From an uncultured Methanosarcinales archaeon (GTDB taxonomy: Archaea > Nanobdellota > Nanobdellia > Woesearchaeales > DSVV01), in NCBI GenBank assembly GCA_964469935.1, contig CAYXZQ010000005.1, positions 1 through 57,670 on the forward strand: DNA of 57,670 bases, in the 5' to 3' direction. Below are positions 45,494-56,477 of the stretch, in pieces; within the stretch, counting starts at the first letter, position 1, and each line of letters starts with the position of its first letter. The notes beneath the pieces are model-generated. The model searched no databases. It was given only the letters and a program-made list of their open reading frames with translations, and had not been told where the DNA came from. Position numbers and translations under genes: made by a program.

Positions 45494-45735
45494 TATTTCT
45501 TCTCTTGGTATTTGATTCCTATCCGGGATTCGAACGTCTGCGGAAAACTGGCGTTTTCCTTGACCCCTCGCTCGTCCTGGGACGGGCTTCAGGGAATCCC
45601 GGCTGCCGTATATTTCTTCTCTTGGTATTTGATTCCTATCCGGGATTCGAACGTCTGCGGAAAACTGGCGTTTTCCTTGACCCCTCGCTCGTCCTGGGAC
45701 GGGCTTCAGGGAATCCCGGCTGCCGTATATTTCTT
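45477..45735 (+). repeat. Perfect 117-bp tandem repeat (2 full copies plus 25 nt), each unit starting with the tRNA-Gly 3' end
   Basis: GAATCCCGGCTGCCGTATATTTCTT at 45477, 45594 and 45711; the intervening sequence is identical. Confidence 0.95.
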
Positions 45736-45784
45736 TAGGATCTGATGATCCAAAGGATATCTGTATGAAAATCTATTAAATCTA

Positions 45785-45944
45785 ATTGATTATAATAATA
45801 TATCTAAAAACATATAAACTATAACTAATATAAATATAATCTTATACTGAATTAGTATACTATTCCTGCTATTTTTCGAAAGGTTTATATACCAGTTGCA
45901 CCCATAAAAATATAAATTTGTATCTTATTGATTATAATAATATA
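45785..45944. promoter_or_regulatory. Two identical 18-bp sites (ATTGATTATAATAATATA) flanking a TATA box upstream of a wHTH gene
   Basis: Copies at 45785..45802 and 45927..45944; AAGGTTTATATA near 45880. Confidence 0.55.
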
Positions 45945-45960
45945 CAAAAAGGGATACTAG

Positions 45961-46518
45961 ATGATTGAAAACAAGCTCGAGATGGACATCATCAGGCTGT
46001 ACGACAATAATCTTGTCAATCTTTTTTCCATAAACCAGATAGCCTCGATGCTCGGCAAGAAGTATCCCTATGTCAACAGGAAGGTCACCGAGATGCTCGA
46101 GGAGGGAATCCTGAACAAGACTGTCGTCGGCAAGTCATACCTGTGCTCCCTGAATTTCACAAATGAGAGGACAATAATAATGCTCTCCCTGATGGAAGCC
46201 TCGAAGAAGAAGCCTGCATCCTGGCAAAAGGCAGCAGCTTTCATCGAAAAGACCAGGCTTTCCATGACAACGCACTGCGTCGTATCCTACGGAGACAGGC
46301 TGCTCTTCGTCATAGAGGACCTCAGGGACCGAAGAAAGGTCGAGAGGGAAATCCCGGGCGCTGTGGTGGCTGACAAGGGAGAGTTTCTGGACATGCTGGG
46401 GGCAGAGAAGGAGCTCTTCATTGCCCACGCTGTACTGTACGGCAAGGAGAGGTTCTTCGAGCTCCTGACGCTTGAGCTGGACGAGCTCAAGAAGCGGCAC
46501 TCTCCCCTGAAATACTGA
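45961..46518 (+). CDS. Winged-HTH protein, putative regulator
   Basis: FSINQIASMLGKKYPYVNRKVTEMLEEGILNKTVVGKSYLC is wHTH-like; the C-terminus may be a degenerate nucleotidyltransferase-like domain. Confidence 0.75.
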   Translation: MIENKLEMDIIRLYDNNLVNLFSINQIASMLGKKYPYVNRKVTEMLEEGILNKTVVGKSYLCSLNFTNERTIIMLSLMEASKKKPASWQKAAAFIEKTRLSMTTHCVVSYGDRLLFVIEDLRDRRKVEREIPGAVVADKGEFLDMLGAEKELFIAHAVLYGKERFFELLTLELDELKKRHSPLKY

Positions 46519-46519
46519 G

Positions 46520-49360
46520 ATGGGACATGAGATCATGAAAGGACTGAAAGCAAACAAAACAAGAACAGGCGCAATATGCCTGGTGATCCTGCTGCTCTTC
46601 ATAGTCCTTACTCTCGATTGCGCAGCTGCTTACGATTACACAGTCAGGATTAACGAGACTTCACTTCCCTATTCAGGTGAGCTGGCATTCGACGTTACAG
46701 GCCATAACCAGACAGTAAATATCGGGTACGGCAGGTTCCTCTCAGGCCCGACGTCGGTCGAGCTTGCTAACGGGACAAGAAGGACAATAGTAGGGCTTGT
46801 CCATGTCCCGTCTGATTTTTACGGGTCCGGCTACACCTCGTCGATAAACCTGTCTGACAATGTCTCATATTCGGTCAGGTTCAGCATAGTCGACAACGTG
46901 TATTTCGACCTCATCACAGGCCCGCAATGCTTTGTCGGAACACCCCATGAGATAATCCCGGAGGCCCCGGTCAACTCGACGCTCTCGATCAGGATAAACG
47001 GGAAATATGTCCAGTGGTCCGGCGAGCCCATCTTGTACTATACCCCTGCGACAAAAGGCCCCTACACGATGATTGCGGATTTCTCGTACAGGAACCATAC
47101 CCAGAGGGTCCTGAAGAACTTCACTGCCTACGATGCCCTGGGATGCAGCATCAGCTCGAAGGCAAAGGCAGAGAAGAACGAGACCGTCCAGTTCTCAGGC
47201 GCAGGGACCGGAGGCATGGGCGGGATGTCGTATTCGTGGGACTTCGGGGACAGGAAGACGTCATCGGTCAAGACGCCGTCCCATGCTTACCAGAAGGCCG
47301 GCAGATACAAGGTTGAGCTCAAAGTGGCAGACAATGAGGGCAACAAGGCCAAATGCACCAGGGATGTGGAAGTGACCGAGCCTGCCTACAGCATCACAGT
47401 CATCCTTTCGGCCGATGATACGGGGACTCTTCTGGGAGATGCAAATGTCACCCTCGACAGGACGACGGAGAAGTCGAACGTCGACGGGATGGCGAAATTT
47501 TCAGAAGTCACCTCGGGAAGCTACGAATTGGGAATCGAGAAGGCCGGTTTCTACTCATATTCAAGGAAGATATCGGTTTCGGCCGATGCAGTCCTGCACG
47601 TGAACCTCTCAAGGGTCAAAGAGGCTGCAAAGCCGGTGCCCTCTATCGAGCTTCTGTACCCGTCAGACGGCTATGTGACAAGGGAGGAAGTGTCGGATTT
47701 CAGATTCAGGGCTACCTCTGACACCCCCATAAAGTATTGCTACCTCCTCTACAACGACATCGCTTTCCTGGGCTACAAGATACGCGGCGAGATAGACTCG
47801 CCCAAGAGCGGTAAGGAGTATTCCTTCAGCATGAACATGACCAACGGAGATTTCAAGTGGGGTGTCGAATGCGAGAACAGTGACGGGACCGGCATGAGCG
47901 ATGAGAGAAACATCACAGTAGAGGGCCTTGCAGAGGCGCCGAAACATGCATCTCTGAATGAGGAGGCCAAAAAAGCCGTGAATGAATCAGGGTTCAAGGC
48001 CAACCTGACCGAGTTATCATCAGCCCTCCAGGAGATTGCCGATGCCGAGAAGAAATTCGAATCGTCAGGGAGCCAGGTGAGGGAGGTCTTTGACATGATG
48101 GGCTTCCAGACAGTGCTGGACAAGGGAAGGGCGGACATATCCAAGGTCAGGCAGGAGATGGACGACCTGGAGAACCTTCAGATCGCGGATTCAGACAAGA
48201 AGAAGAAAGCGGGTGAGTTTTTGGCCGACTTCCATAAGACCAGTTCGCATGTGCCTGTGAGCATCACCATAACCGGTGAGCAGACATACGACATCGATGC
48301 CCCGGGCGTCAATGTGACGGAGGCTGTGGACAAGTACCTGAGATGGAAGGGCTACAACCTGTCAAAAAGGCAGTACGACAAGTATGTGAAAAACGTGAAG
48401 GATGCCCAGGAGAGCCTCAAAATCAGGGCAGGGGTCATCAATGCCAGGATATTGTTTCTCGACGGCTCAGCCACCAACTACAGCTTTGTCAGAAAGGAAG
48501 TCGAGGCAGACGATGTCCGGGGCGGAGTTTTCATTGAACTCATCCCCAAATCGGTCGCCACGAGCATAAACCAGGTGACGTTCTCTGCGCCGTTCGAGCT
48601 TGTGGAGAAGGACCCAGTCGCCAGGCTCTACCTCGACAACCAGAGCAGCTTCAACTATTATGTCAAAAAAAAAGTGCCCCTTGAAGAGCTGAAGAAGGTC
48701 CAGTCCGTCGTGGTCCTCGACCTAAACGACCCGCAGAACAGGATAACCGGGTTCTCCATCCTTGACACATCGACCCAGACCGGGAAGTTCTTCCTTGTCA
48801 TAGTGCTGCTCGGAGTGGTCCTCTCGGGTAACTATCTCATATTCTTCAGGGACAGGGAAGTGAGGCAGAGGATAATGGGAAGCATCAGGGGAGCTAGAGA
48901 GAGCCTGAGGCAGAGGACCCCAAACGATAAGCTGATGTTGATACTGAACAGCGTAATAGACCAGCTCAATGCAGGCGAGACAGAGAATGCCCTCGGCAGG
49001 TATTCACGGGTGCTCGAGCTCTACGATCTTGCAGACGCAGGTCTCAGGCAGGAGGTGAGGCCCATAATCGAGCACATGCTCCACGAGCTTGATGTATTCA
49101 ATCTCAACAGGATGATTGACGACGCCTACAGAAAGACCATAAGCGGGAGGAGCTATGAGGCCGCGGGCATCTACAACACGATTCTTGACACCATGGAGGA
49201 CCTCCCGTCAGGCTTCAAGGGCAAGGTCAGCAGCAAGCTGGGCTCGCTCAACGTCGCGATGGACATCCACAGGCTCAAGTCACATCTCCCGATTGGCGGC
49301 GATGACGGGAATGTCGATGATTCGCTGTTCAGGGTCGGAAGACGGGAGGCGGACAGATGA
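46520..49360 (+). CDS. Large membrane-anchored surface protein with PKD and Ig-like domains
   Basis: Signal sequence, PKD motif YSWDFGD...PSHAY...GRYKVEL.V.D, TM helix after ITGF, helical cytoplasmic tail. Confidence 0.85.
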   Translation: MGHEIMKGLKANKTRTGAICLVILLLFIVLTLDCAAAYDYTVRINETSLPYSGELAFDVTGHNQTVNIGYGRFLSGPTSVELANGTRRTIVGLVHVPSDFYGSGYTSSINLSDNVSYSVRFSIVDNVYFDLITGPQCFVGTPHEIIPEAPVNSTLSIRINGKYVQWSGEPILYYTPATKGPYTMIADFSYRNHTQRVLKNFTAYDALGCSISSKAKAEKNETVQFSGAGTGGMGGMSYSWDFGDRKTSSVKTPSHAYQKAGRYKVELKVADNEGNKAKCTRDVEVTEPAYSITVILSADDTGTLLGDANVTLDRTTEKSNVDGMAKFSEVTSGSYELGIEKAGFYSYSRKISVSADAVLHVNLSRVKEAAKPVPSIELLYPSDGYVTREEVSDFRFRATSDTPIKYCYLLYNDIAFLGYKIRGEIDSPKSGKEYSFSMNMTNGDFKWGVECENSDGTGMSDERNITVEGLAEAPKHASLNEEAKKAVNESGFKANLTELSSALQEIADAEKKFESSGSQVREVFDMMGFQTVLDKGRADISKVRQEMDDLENLQIADSDKKKKAGEFLADFHKTSSHVPVSITITGEQTYDIDAPGVNVTEAVDKYLRWKGYNLSKRQYDKYVKNVKDAQESLKIRAGVINARILFLDGSATNYSFVRKEVEADDVRGGVFIELIPKSVATSINQVTFSAPFELVEKDPVARLYLDNQSSFNYYVKKKVPLEELKKVQSVVVLDLNDPQNRITGFSILDTSTQTGKFFLVIVLLGVVLSGNYLIFFRDREVRQRIMGSIRGARESLRQRTPNDKLMLILNSVIDQLNAGETENALGRYSRVLELYDLADAGLRQEVRPIIEHMLHELDVFNLNRMIDDAYRKTISGRSYEAAGIYNTILDTMEDLPSGFKGKVSSKLGSLNVAMDIHRLKSHLPIGGDDGNVDDSLFRVGRREADR

Positions 49361-49494
49361 CTTTGAAAAAAACAGCCGATGCCGTGCAGGGGAATTCATG
49401 GAAGCGCCATCCAACCGGAGTGAAGCCGGCCCGAGCAAGACCACTCCTGAGTAAAGAACAAGATATTTATATGATGCCTACCAGTAGACAGGCA

Positions 49495-52188
49495 ATGAAG
49501 AAGGCAGTCGCATTGCTTTTGCTGCTGATGCTTGCCATGGTAATGGTCCCGGCAGTGTTTTCAGCAGAGATGAAGGGAGGGGACATATACCTCGTAAGGC
49601 CGAATTCCCCCTATATCGACAATTCGTACGTGCCGTCGGAATACATCTCTGTGGACGACCTGGACTTCTATACATGCATCGAGGAGAAGGACATCCCGGT
49701 GAAATCCACGGTGATCTGTCTCGACGACAACAGCTTTAAGGACATCCCGATGACCAAGTGGCTCGACACAGGGAACTGCTACATAGGGACCTATAATCTT
49801 GACGGCAAGGACTGCAGGAAGATGGTCATCCAGTCAGTCTACACCAAGGACAAGGAGACAGTTACCCTCAGGAAGGAGATCAAGGTCAACAGGATATCGT
49901 CGATACTTGACCTTGTCGCAAGGAACCAGTACAGCGACGGGGGATGGAGGGACGCCATAGCCACTGCATCAGGCATATGGGTTCTGTCGAATTATCCAAA
50001 GATATACGCAGACCAGATCGAGAAGGGCCTGCAGTGGCTCAAGCTCAACAGGAACAATGACGAGAAATGCTGGCCCGATGAGGACTGCAGCGTCACCGAG
50101 ACCGCGAAGATACTTGCCTACCTGACGTTTGCAGGGGTCAACGACTCCTACAGGGTCATGCACGACGGCATCGTATACCTGGAGAACAACCAGAATTTTT
50201 ATCAGGACGGGGAGACCTGGAACCTGACCATAAAGCCGTTCGAGTCAGGTATCACCGACTGCATAATATCATACAAGAACAACCTCTACAACAAGGACAA
50301 TTTCACACTTCAGGAAGGCAAGGTGGCGGCATACAAGATAAACCCCGTGCCCTCCCAGATGCTCTATGTCATCTGCGACCAGAATTTCCAGGCCAACCTG
50401 ACGACCCCTGACCACGACCAGGTGTTCATCTACGAGGGCGACAATCTCAGCTATACGACCCCATATAACTGCTGGAGCAGGGACCAGAAATGGGGCAAGT
50501 GCGACCTGTCAACGACCCTTCTCGCGACGATGACAAACATTTCCGATAAGAACAAGGACCTTGCCCTCGAATACCTTGACAGCCAGCTGAGGTCTGAACG
50601 TTCGGGCGAGATGTACATCGGCCCTGACAAGAACGTCACTGACGCTGCTCTCTATGCATATGTCAGGGACAACCAGAACATCACCTCCTGGCTGAGATAC
50701 AAGCAGAACAACGACGGGAGCTGGGGCAACGGCACGAGCCAGGATGAGATAATCCCGACGGGCTTCAACATCCTGGGCCTGATGAGGTCCGGCTTCAACA
50801 GGACTAGCGAGGTCATCCGGGATGCTGAGGCCTGGGTCAATGAGAAGGAGCTGGGGTTCTCGCTAAACGAGACAAGCAAATACGAGGCATGGAACTCCAC
50901 AGAGAAGAACGCACATGCATTCATCGTCCTCAAGAACAATGCTAGGCCTGCCATCAAGTCTGATCCCATGCTGATAACGATCGACAAGGAGACCACCGAG
51001 GTGGACATATACAACCCCACGACGTTTGAGCTCGACGACATCTCCTTCGAGTTCTCAGACAACCTCAAGAGCCACCTGACGATCAATCCCAGGGATGAGA
51101 TACCCTCTTATTCGTACGTCAAGCAGGACATCACGAAAAAGTCAGGCGATACCGGGACGCTCTACGGCTATCTCTATGTCAAGAACCACGACGTTGAGAT
51201 AGGAAAGATCCCTGTTATGATAACTGACTTCCCGAAGATAGACATAAACCCTGCCCAGGACGACTACCTTGTCTTCGGGACCAAGGGAACTGCCTCGTTC
51301 ACCGTATCCAAGACCAGCCATACGTTCCAGTGCAGCCTTGCATGGGACGACCCTGACATATCATCCCAGAAAGACTATACCGTGAACAACAACAAGCTCT
51401 CTGTCGACCTGGTGTTCTCCAGCGCAGAGCGGCTCGAGAAGACCTACGCAGGGACGTTCAACTGCACAGCCCAGGGCCAGGAATATGACATCCCTGTCTC
51501 CGTCCGGGTGAGCAGGTACGAGACCTTCCCGTTCTCTGTCAAGCCGGAAAGCCTGTTTGTCAACAGCACCGGGCAGGACAGGTACATGATAATCCAGAAC
51601 CTGCTTGACGAGACCCTTGATGTGAGCATCGCGTTCATGAAGAACGAGCCGGATTTCGAGATTTCTAGAAAACAGGTCTCCATCGACCCGAATACCGATG
51701 TCAATGTATCCATCTACAACAATGTGCCTGAAAATGTCAACCTCACTGCAAGCGACGTCATCGAGGTGGCTGCTCTGGGGCAGAAGAAGGACGTGAATTT
51801 CAGGGCTGCTATCGTGGCAGTGCCCAAGAAGACATTCAGCCCGCTGCTGCTCTGGCTTATAATCGGGGTGATTGTGGTAGCTGTAGGGACCCTAGGCTAT
51901 CTCGGCTACAGGTACAGGGATACCCTGATGGGATATCTCAAGAAAGGGAGCAAGATCGATTCCATTAAGGTCAAGATAAAGAAGCTCGAGGAGAAGGAGA
52001 AGCATACCGCAGTGATGAACATGGTCAATATCCTCAGGATACTAAAGAAGGACGATGTCCAGATAAGGGCAAGGCTCAAGCAGGAGGGATTCTCGGATGA
52101 CGAGGTGGACAAGGCATTCGAGGTGTCAGGCGATGATGCCGGGGAGGGGGCCGAGGATAACACAGAGAACGACCTGTTCGCCACATGA
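49495..52188 (+). CDS. Surface protein with prenyltransferase/squalene-cyclase-like alpha-alpha repeats, Ig-like domains and a C-terminal TM anchor
   Basis: Signal peptide MKKAVALLLL; NQYSDGGW and WLRYKQNNDGSW motifs; C-terminal TM helix and charged tail. Confidence 0.8.
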   Translation: MKKAVALLLLLMLAMVMVPAVFSAEMKGGDIYLVRPNSPYIDNSYVPSEYISVDDLDFYTCIEEKDIPVKSTVICLDDNSFKDIPMTKWLDTGNCYIGTYNLDGKDCRKMVIQSVYTKDKETVTLRKEIKVNRISSILDLVARNQYSDGGWRDAIATASGIWVLSNYPKIYADQIEKGLQWLKLNRNNDEKCWPDEDCSVTETAKILAYLTFAGVNDSYRVMHDGIVYLENNQNFYQDGETWNLTIKPFESGITDCIISYKNNLYNKDNFTLQEGKVAAYKINPVPSQMLYVICDQNFQANLTTPDHDQVFIYEGDNLSYTTPYNCWSRDQKWGKCDLSTTLLATMTNISDKNKDLALEYLDSQLRSERSGEMYIGPDKNVTDAALYAYVRDNQNITSWLRYKQNNDGSWGNGTSQDEIIPTGFNILGLMRSGFNRTSEVIRDAEAWVNEKELGFSLNETSKYEAWNSTEKNAHAFIVLKNNARPAIKSDPMLITIDKETTEVDIYNPTTFELDDISFEFSDNLKSHLTINPRDEIPSYSYVKQDITKKSGDTGTLYGYLYVKNHDVEIGKIPVMITDFPKIDINPAQDDYLVFGTKGTASFTVSKTSHTFQCSLAWDDPDISSQKDYTVNNNKLSVDLVFSSAERLEKTYAGTFNCTAQGQEYDIPVSVRVSRYETFPFSVKPESLFVNSTGQDRYMIIQNLLDETLDVSIAFMKNEPDFEISRKQVSIDPNTDVNVSIYNNVPENVNLTASDVIEVAALGQKKDVNFRAAIVAVPKKTFSPLLLWLIIGVIVVAVGTLGYLGYRYRDTLMGYLKKGSKIDSIKVKIKKLEEKEKHTAVMNMVNILRILKKDDVQIRARLKQEGFSDDEVDKAFEVSGDDAGEGAEDNTENDLFAT

Positions 52189-52235
52189 TTCGCGCCTTCT
52201 CTGCCTCCTGGAGTATTATTTCTGCCGGCTGAGTG

Positions 52236-54104
52236 CTAGGATGACCAGCTGCCGTAGACCCTGCCCACCAGCTCTATATAGAATGCCGAGCTCCATGCCT
52301 GGGCAAGGGAGGCCTCCGAGGTCTGCTGCCCTGCCGAGCTGAGCTCTGAATGGAACCCTATGATGCCTCCGTAGAGGATGTCGTCGGTCGAGGCTGATAT
52401 GATCTTTTTGATGTGATCGCCGTAGGCCTTGCTGTCTATGTCATGCATGCATATCGCCGCAAGGTTGTTCAGGAAGTACCATGAGTCGCCCCTGTGGTAG
52501 CTCCTGTTGTCCTCGCCCGTGTACTTGTCTGAGAAATACTTATGGCCCCTGTCTATTGTCGCAAGCCCGCCCCAGTCGAGCCACAGGGATTCCAGCGCAC
52601 TGTCAAAGCATACCTTCCACTCGCTCTTCTGGAGGAGCCAGGGGTAGACATAGCAGGCGATGAATATGTTCGGCCTGACAGTCTCGTCGCCCATGCCGTC
52701 GAGAAGCATCGGCTTCTTGTAGAACTCGTGCCTGACCCTTCTCACAGTGACTTCCTCCAGCTCGGAGTATCTCTTTGCGCCGAGCTCGTTGTCTGTGAGG
52801 ATGCATAGCTTTGCCATGAGCCTGTACATGCAGAGCCTGAGCGCCTGTATCTCGATCCTGAAACCTTCTCTTAAGTCTTCCTTGTAGCCAGTGTCCATCC
52901 AGGTCTCGAGCGCGGAGTTTGCCGAGAGGCCCTCCTTCGTGTGCAGATTCAGCAGCCTGGCTATGGATTTCTTCAGCTGCTCCCTCATGAACACGAGTTC
53001 GTCATGTGAGATGAACTCGTTCAGCCGGCCTTTCTTTGCAAGACCGAGCAGCAGGTCCATGGTCCTTTTCCAGACCCACCCGACGCCGTCAGCGCTTCCG
53101 AGCATGGAGTCGGGCCGCCTGTTGGGCATCCTCCCGTCGTCGAGTATGTTCCCGATGTTCCGGAAGAGGATATCCTTGGCCTCCGAATATCGCTCCTCGG
53201 AAATGAGCGAAGAGAGCGACATGGCCTCATCCCTTGTCCAGAACTGAGCAAACCAGGGATATCCGGCAATCATCCCTGTCTCGCCGTTCGTTGTGGTGAT
53301 CACGAAGCTCTCGATTGAATTTATGCTGGCCTTGCATGCGAGCTGTATGCCCAGGTCCGCGCCTTCCAGTTTCCCGGAGAGCTTTGTCTTGACATAGTTT
53401 TCCTTCGATTTTTTGATGAACTCGAAATTCTCCCATGAATGCCCGGCATTCCTTATTGCCTCGTCCTTGTCATCAGAATAAGAGAAGACAAGCTTTCTTG
53501 AACCGTCGATCTTCAGCTTTAGTGCCCTGTAGACGTACATGTCAAAGGGAGGTGAGCCCCTTTTTTCGTCAGACTCGTAATGCGTTCTCTCCCATATGCC
53601 TGTCTTCTCATACTCGCCGACTCCCCTTATCGCGACGAAAATCCTGTATGATGCTTCGGTAAGGCTGCTGTCCTTGTATTTTGTGTATTCCACGATGATA
53701 GCGTCTCCCTGGCTGTATATGTCGTATATCCTGCCCTGGTCGTGGTAGTCGTGCATCTTCCTGCAGTCGAGCACGAGCTCTGCAAATCCGTTGAAGCCGC
53801 CCACCTCGTAAAGCAGCGTGTCCGTGTGGTTTGTGAAGAAAGTCTCCCTTGCCTTGCCGCTCACGCGGTCGATGCTGAAGAAGTTGTTTTCCAGGGTGTC
53901 CGGCTCTGATGCGAGGAGGCGGATGCTGTCTATCGCCTTGAAATAGCTGAAATCCCTGGCGAAATGGACCCCCTGGAACCTGCTCGTGTTCTGGCCTGTT
54001 CCGAGGAAAGCAAATCCCCCTGACTTGTTGGTTAGAAGGAATCCCCGGCTTCCTTCGACATTCCTCTTGACTGCGGCATCCTCAAAGACATGGGAGATTA
54101 GCAT
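52236..54104 (-). CDS. Amylo-alpha-1,6-glucosidase (glycogen debranching enzyme family)
   Basis: FLLTNKSGG, IAGYPWF..FWTRDE, TWMD, IEIQAL, RPN, YHRGDSW, QAWS. Confidence 0.88.
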   Translation of the reverse strand: MLISHVFEDAAVKRNVEGSRGFLLTNKSGGFAFLGTGQNTSRFQGVHFARDFSYFKAIDSIRLLASEPDTLENNFFSIDRVSGKARETFFTNHTDTLLYEVGGFNGFAELVLDCRKMHDYHDQGRIYDIYSQGDAIIVEYTKYKDSSLTEASYRIFVAIRGVGEYEKTGIWERTHYESDEKRGSPPFDMYVYRALKLKIDGSRKLVFSYSDDKDEAIRNAGHSWENFEFIKKSKENYVKTKLSGKLEGADLGIQLACKASINSIESFVITTTNGETGMIAGYPWFAQFWTRDEAMSLSSLISEERYSEAKDILFRNIGNILDDGRMPNRRPDSMLGSADGVGWVWKRTMDLLLGLAKKGRLNEFISHDELVFMREQLKKSIARLLNLHTKEGLSANSALETWMDTGYKEDLREGFRIEIQALRLCMYRLMAKLCILTDNELGAKRYSELEEVTVRRVRHEFYKKPMLLDGMGDETVRPNIFIACYVYPWLLQKSEWKVCFDSALESLWLDWGGLATIDRGHKYFSDKYTGEDNRSYHRGDSWYFLNNLAAICMHDIDSKAYGDHIKKIISASTDDILYGGIIGFHSELSSAGQQTSEASLAQAWSSAFYIELVGRVYGSWSS

Positions 54105-54110
54105 GTTCCT

Positions 54111-54893
<783 letters not shown>

Positions 54894-54967
54894 TTAGAGG
54901 GGGTAACGCAGCAGTAGTAGTAAATCTTTTTATATACCTGGGGAAATAATGTTTACGGGTATTACAT

Positions 54968-56254
54968 ATGCGTGGGAAACTGAGGTTTTCACTAGTGCTG
55001 ATTCTGATAGCTGCAGCAGTCATCATCGTTCCGTTCGCGGCTCCCGAGCTGACTGTCAACCCCCAGAAATACGACATAAGCAAGCCTGATTTCAACAAGA
55101 CCTACAATGTCATAATCACCCTTATAAATCCTGACACTGAGGGCTACGACATGCATGCAGTGGTCGACAAGGAATCGTCCTACCTCGCGGGATACGTCCA
55201 CATTGATCCCGTGCTGTTCAGGATGGAGCCTCTCCAGAAGAAGAACATACAGCTCTCCCTCACGATCCCGGACACTATATCGCCTGAAAAGCACACCCTC
55301 TACCTTGATTTCATGTCTGCAAATAGGATGCTAGGCAGGTTCCAGCTCAGCTTCACTGTCTCCGGGAAGCAGGTAGAGGCCCTCGTGCTCGAGAAGGTCA
55401 CGTCAGCGGCCCAGGAAGGCCAGAGCATGGTATATTTCAATTTCCAGGTCAAGAACACCGGGAATGTCATCGCCAGGGGAAGCCCGATTGTGGAGATATA
55501 CAGGGACGGCAGCCTGCTGGACACCTTCGGCGACGAGAGCAGCCTTATAATAATGCCCGGTCAGGAGTACAACCTCTCCCTTCTCTACGACACCACTAAT
55601 GATGAGCCGGGCGAGTACGGGTACGCTGCGAAATTCAGCTATAACGGTCTCGAGACGAACTATACCCGCGGAACCTTCGCAGTGAGCAAAAAGCCGGAAA
55701 GCCAGTCTGCCGAAGAGAGGGATGTTCCTGAAGGCGGGACTCTGGAATACGATATCCGGCTGAGCAATCCCGGCCAGAAGCTGTCTTTCTACAGCATAAC
55801 CTACAACATGACAGGACAGAATGTCTCAGGCAAGGCAGAGGGCGAGATGCAGGGAAAGGAAAAGACAGTCAGCTTTGAGATTGACACGTCGCACCTTCCT
55901 CCAGGCACCTACGACCTGGATCTGGGAATAAGGCATGGTGAGAGGCTTGAGAATTACGAGCAGAGGGAGGTGGAGGTGACTGTCACGTCAGGCAGGAGCC
56001 AGCTCCTCACAGGATTGATCATTGCCTCATTCCTCCTCATCGGGGCCGGCGGCGTGCTCTTCGCCTGGAAGAGGAAGAAGGTTCCAGGCCCGGCTGATCT
56101 CGTCGCATCGATCGAAAATGACATGGCGGTGCTCACCGGCTCGTTCGATAGCCTCGAGCATTCCATGAAATCGATGACCAGGGATATAGGGAAGTTCATA
56201 ACAGAGTCGAACCATTGGCTCGCGCACCAGGGGTACAAGCATGGATTCAGATGA
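54968..56254 (+). CDS. Surface protein with Ig-like domains and a C-terminal TM anchor
   Basis: Signal peptide, V.NTGNV Ig-like motif, TM helix followed by WKRKK. Confidence 0.8.
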   Translation: MRGKLRFSLVLILIAAAVIIVPFAAPELTVNPQKYDISKPDFNKTYNVIITLINPDTEGYDMHAVVDKESSYLAGYVHIDPVLFRMEPLQKKNIQLSLTIPDTISPEKHTLYLDFMSANRMLGRFQLSFTVSGKQVEALVLEKVTSAAQEGQSMVYFNFQVKNTGNVIARGSPIVEIYRDGSLLDTFGDESSLIIMPGQEYNLSLLYDTTNDEPGEYGYAAKFSYNGLETNYTRGTFAVSKKPESQSAEERDVPEGGTLEYDIRLSNPGQKLSFYSITYNMTGQNVSGKAEGEMQGKEKTVSFEIDTSHLPPGTYDLDLGIRHGERLENYEQREVEVTVTSGRSQLLTGLIIASFLLIGAGGVLFAWKRKKVPGPADLVASIENDMAVLTGSFDSLEHSMKSMTRDIGKFITESNHWLAHQGYKHGFR

Positions 56255-56399
56255 GAGGATAAAGCACCTCGAAGAGGAGGTGAAGAAGCTCAGGGAGAGA
56301 GAGAAGAAGCTCGAGCATGACCTGGGCCTCTACAGGCAGATATTTTCCCACCTCAGGCAGCAGTTCGAGGACATGAAGAAGGAGCTCCTGAAGAGATAG
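56241..56399 (+). CDS. 52-aa coiled-coil peptide
   Basis: Not in the track. MDSDERIKHLEEEVKKLREREKKLEHDLGLYRQIFSHLRQQFEDMKKELLKR; overlaps the end of the upstream gene; host-like codon usage. Confidence 0.7.
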   Translation: MDSDERIKHLEEEVKKLREREKKLEHDLGLYRQIFSHLRQQFEDMKKELLKR

Positions 56400-56477
56400 T
56401 ACCCGTTCTTTGCTTATTGATGGTATAGTCTAAAAATTCTTCATTACGTGAATTCAAATGGTTTTGAATGCTGTTTC

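Noticed and set aside
45477-45735. Possible CRISPR array (25-bp repeat three times)
   Set aside because: The two 92-bp spacers are identical, the repeat is a tRNA 3' end, and no cas genes are present.
45380-45745. ORFs with internal 39-aa repeats (45380..45745 and 45505..45738)
   Set aside because: They overlap tRNA-Gly and arise only because 117 is a multiple of 3.
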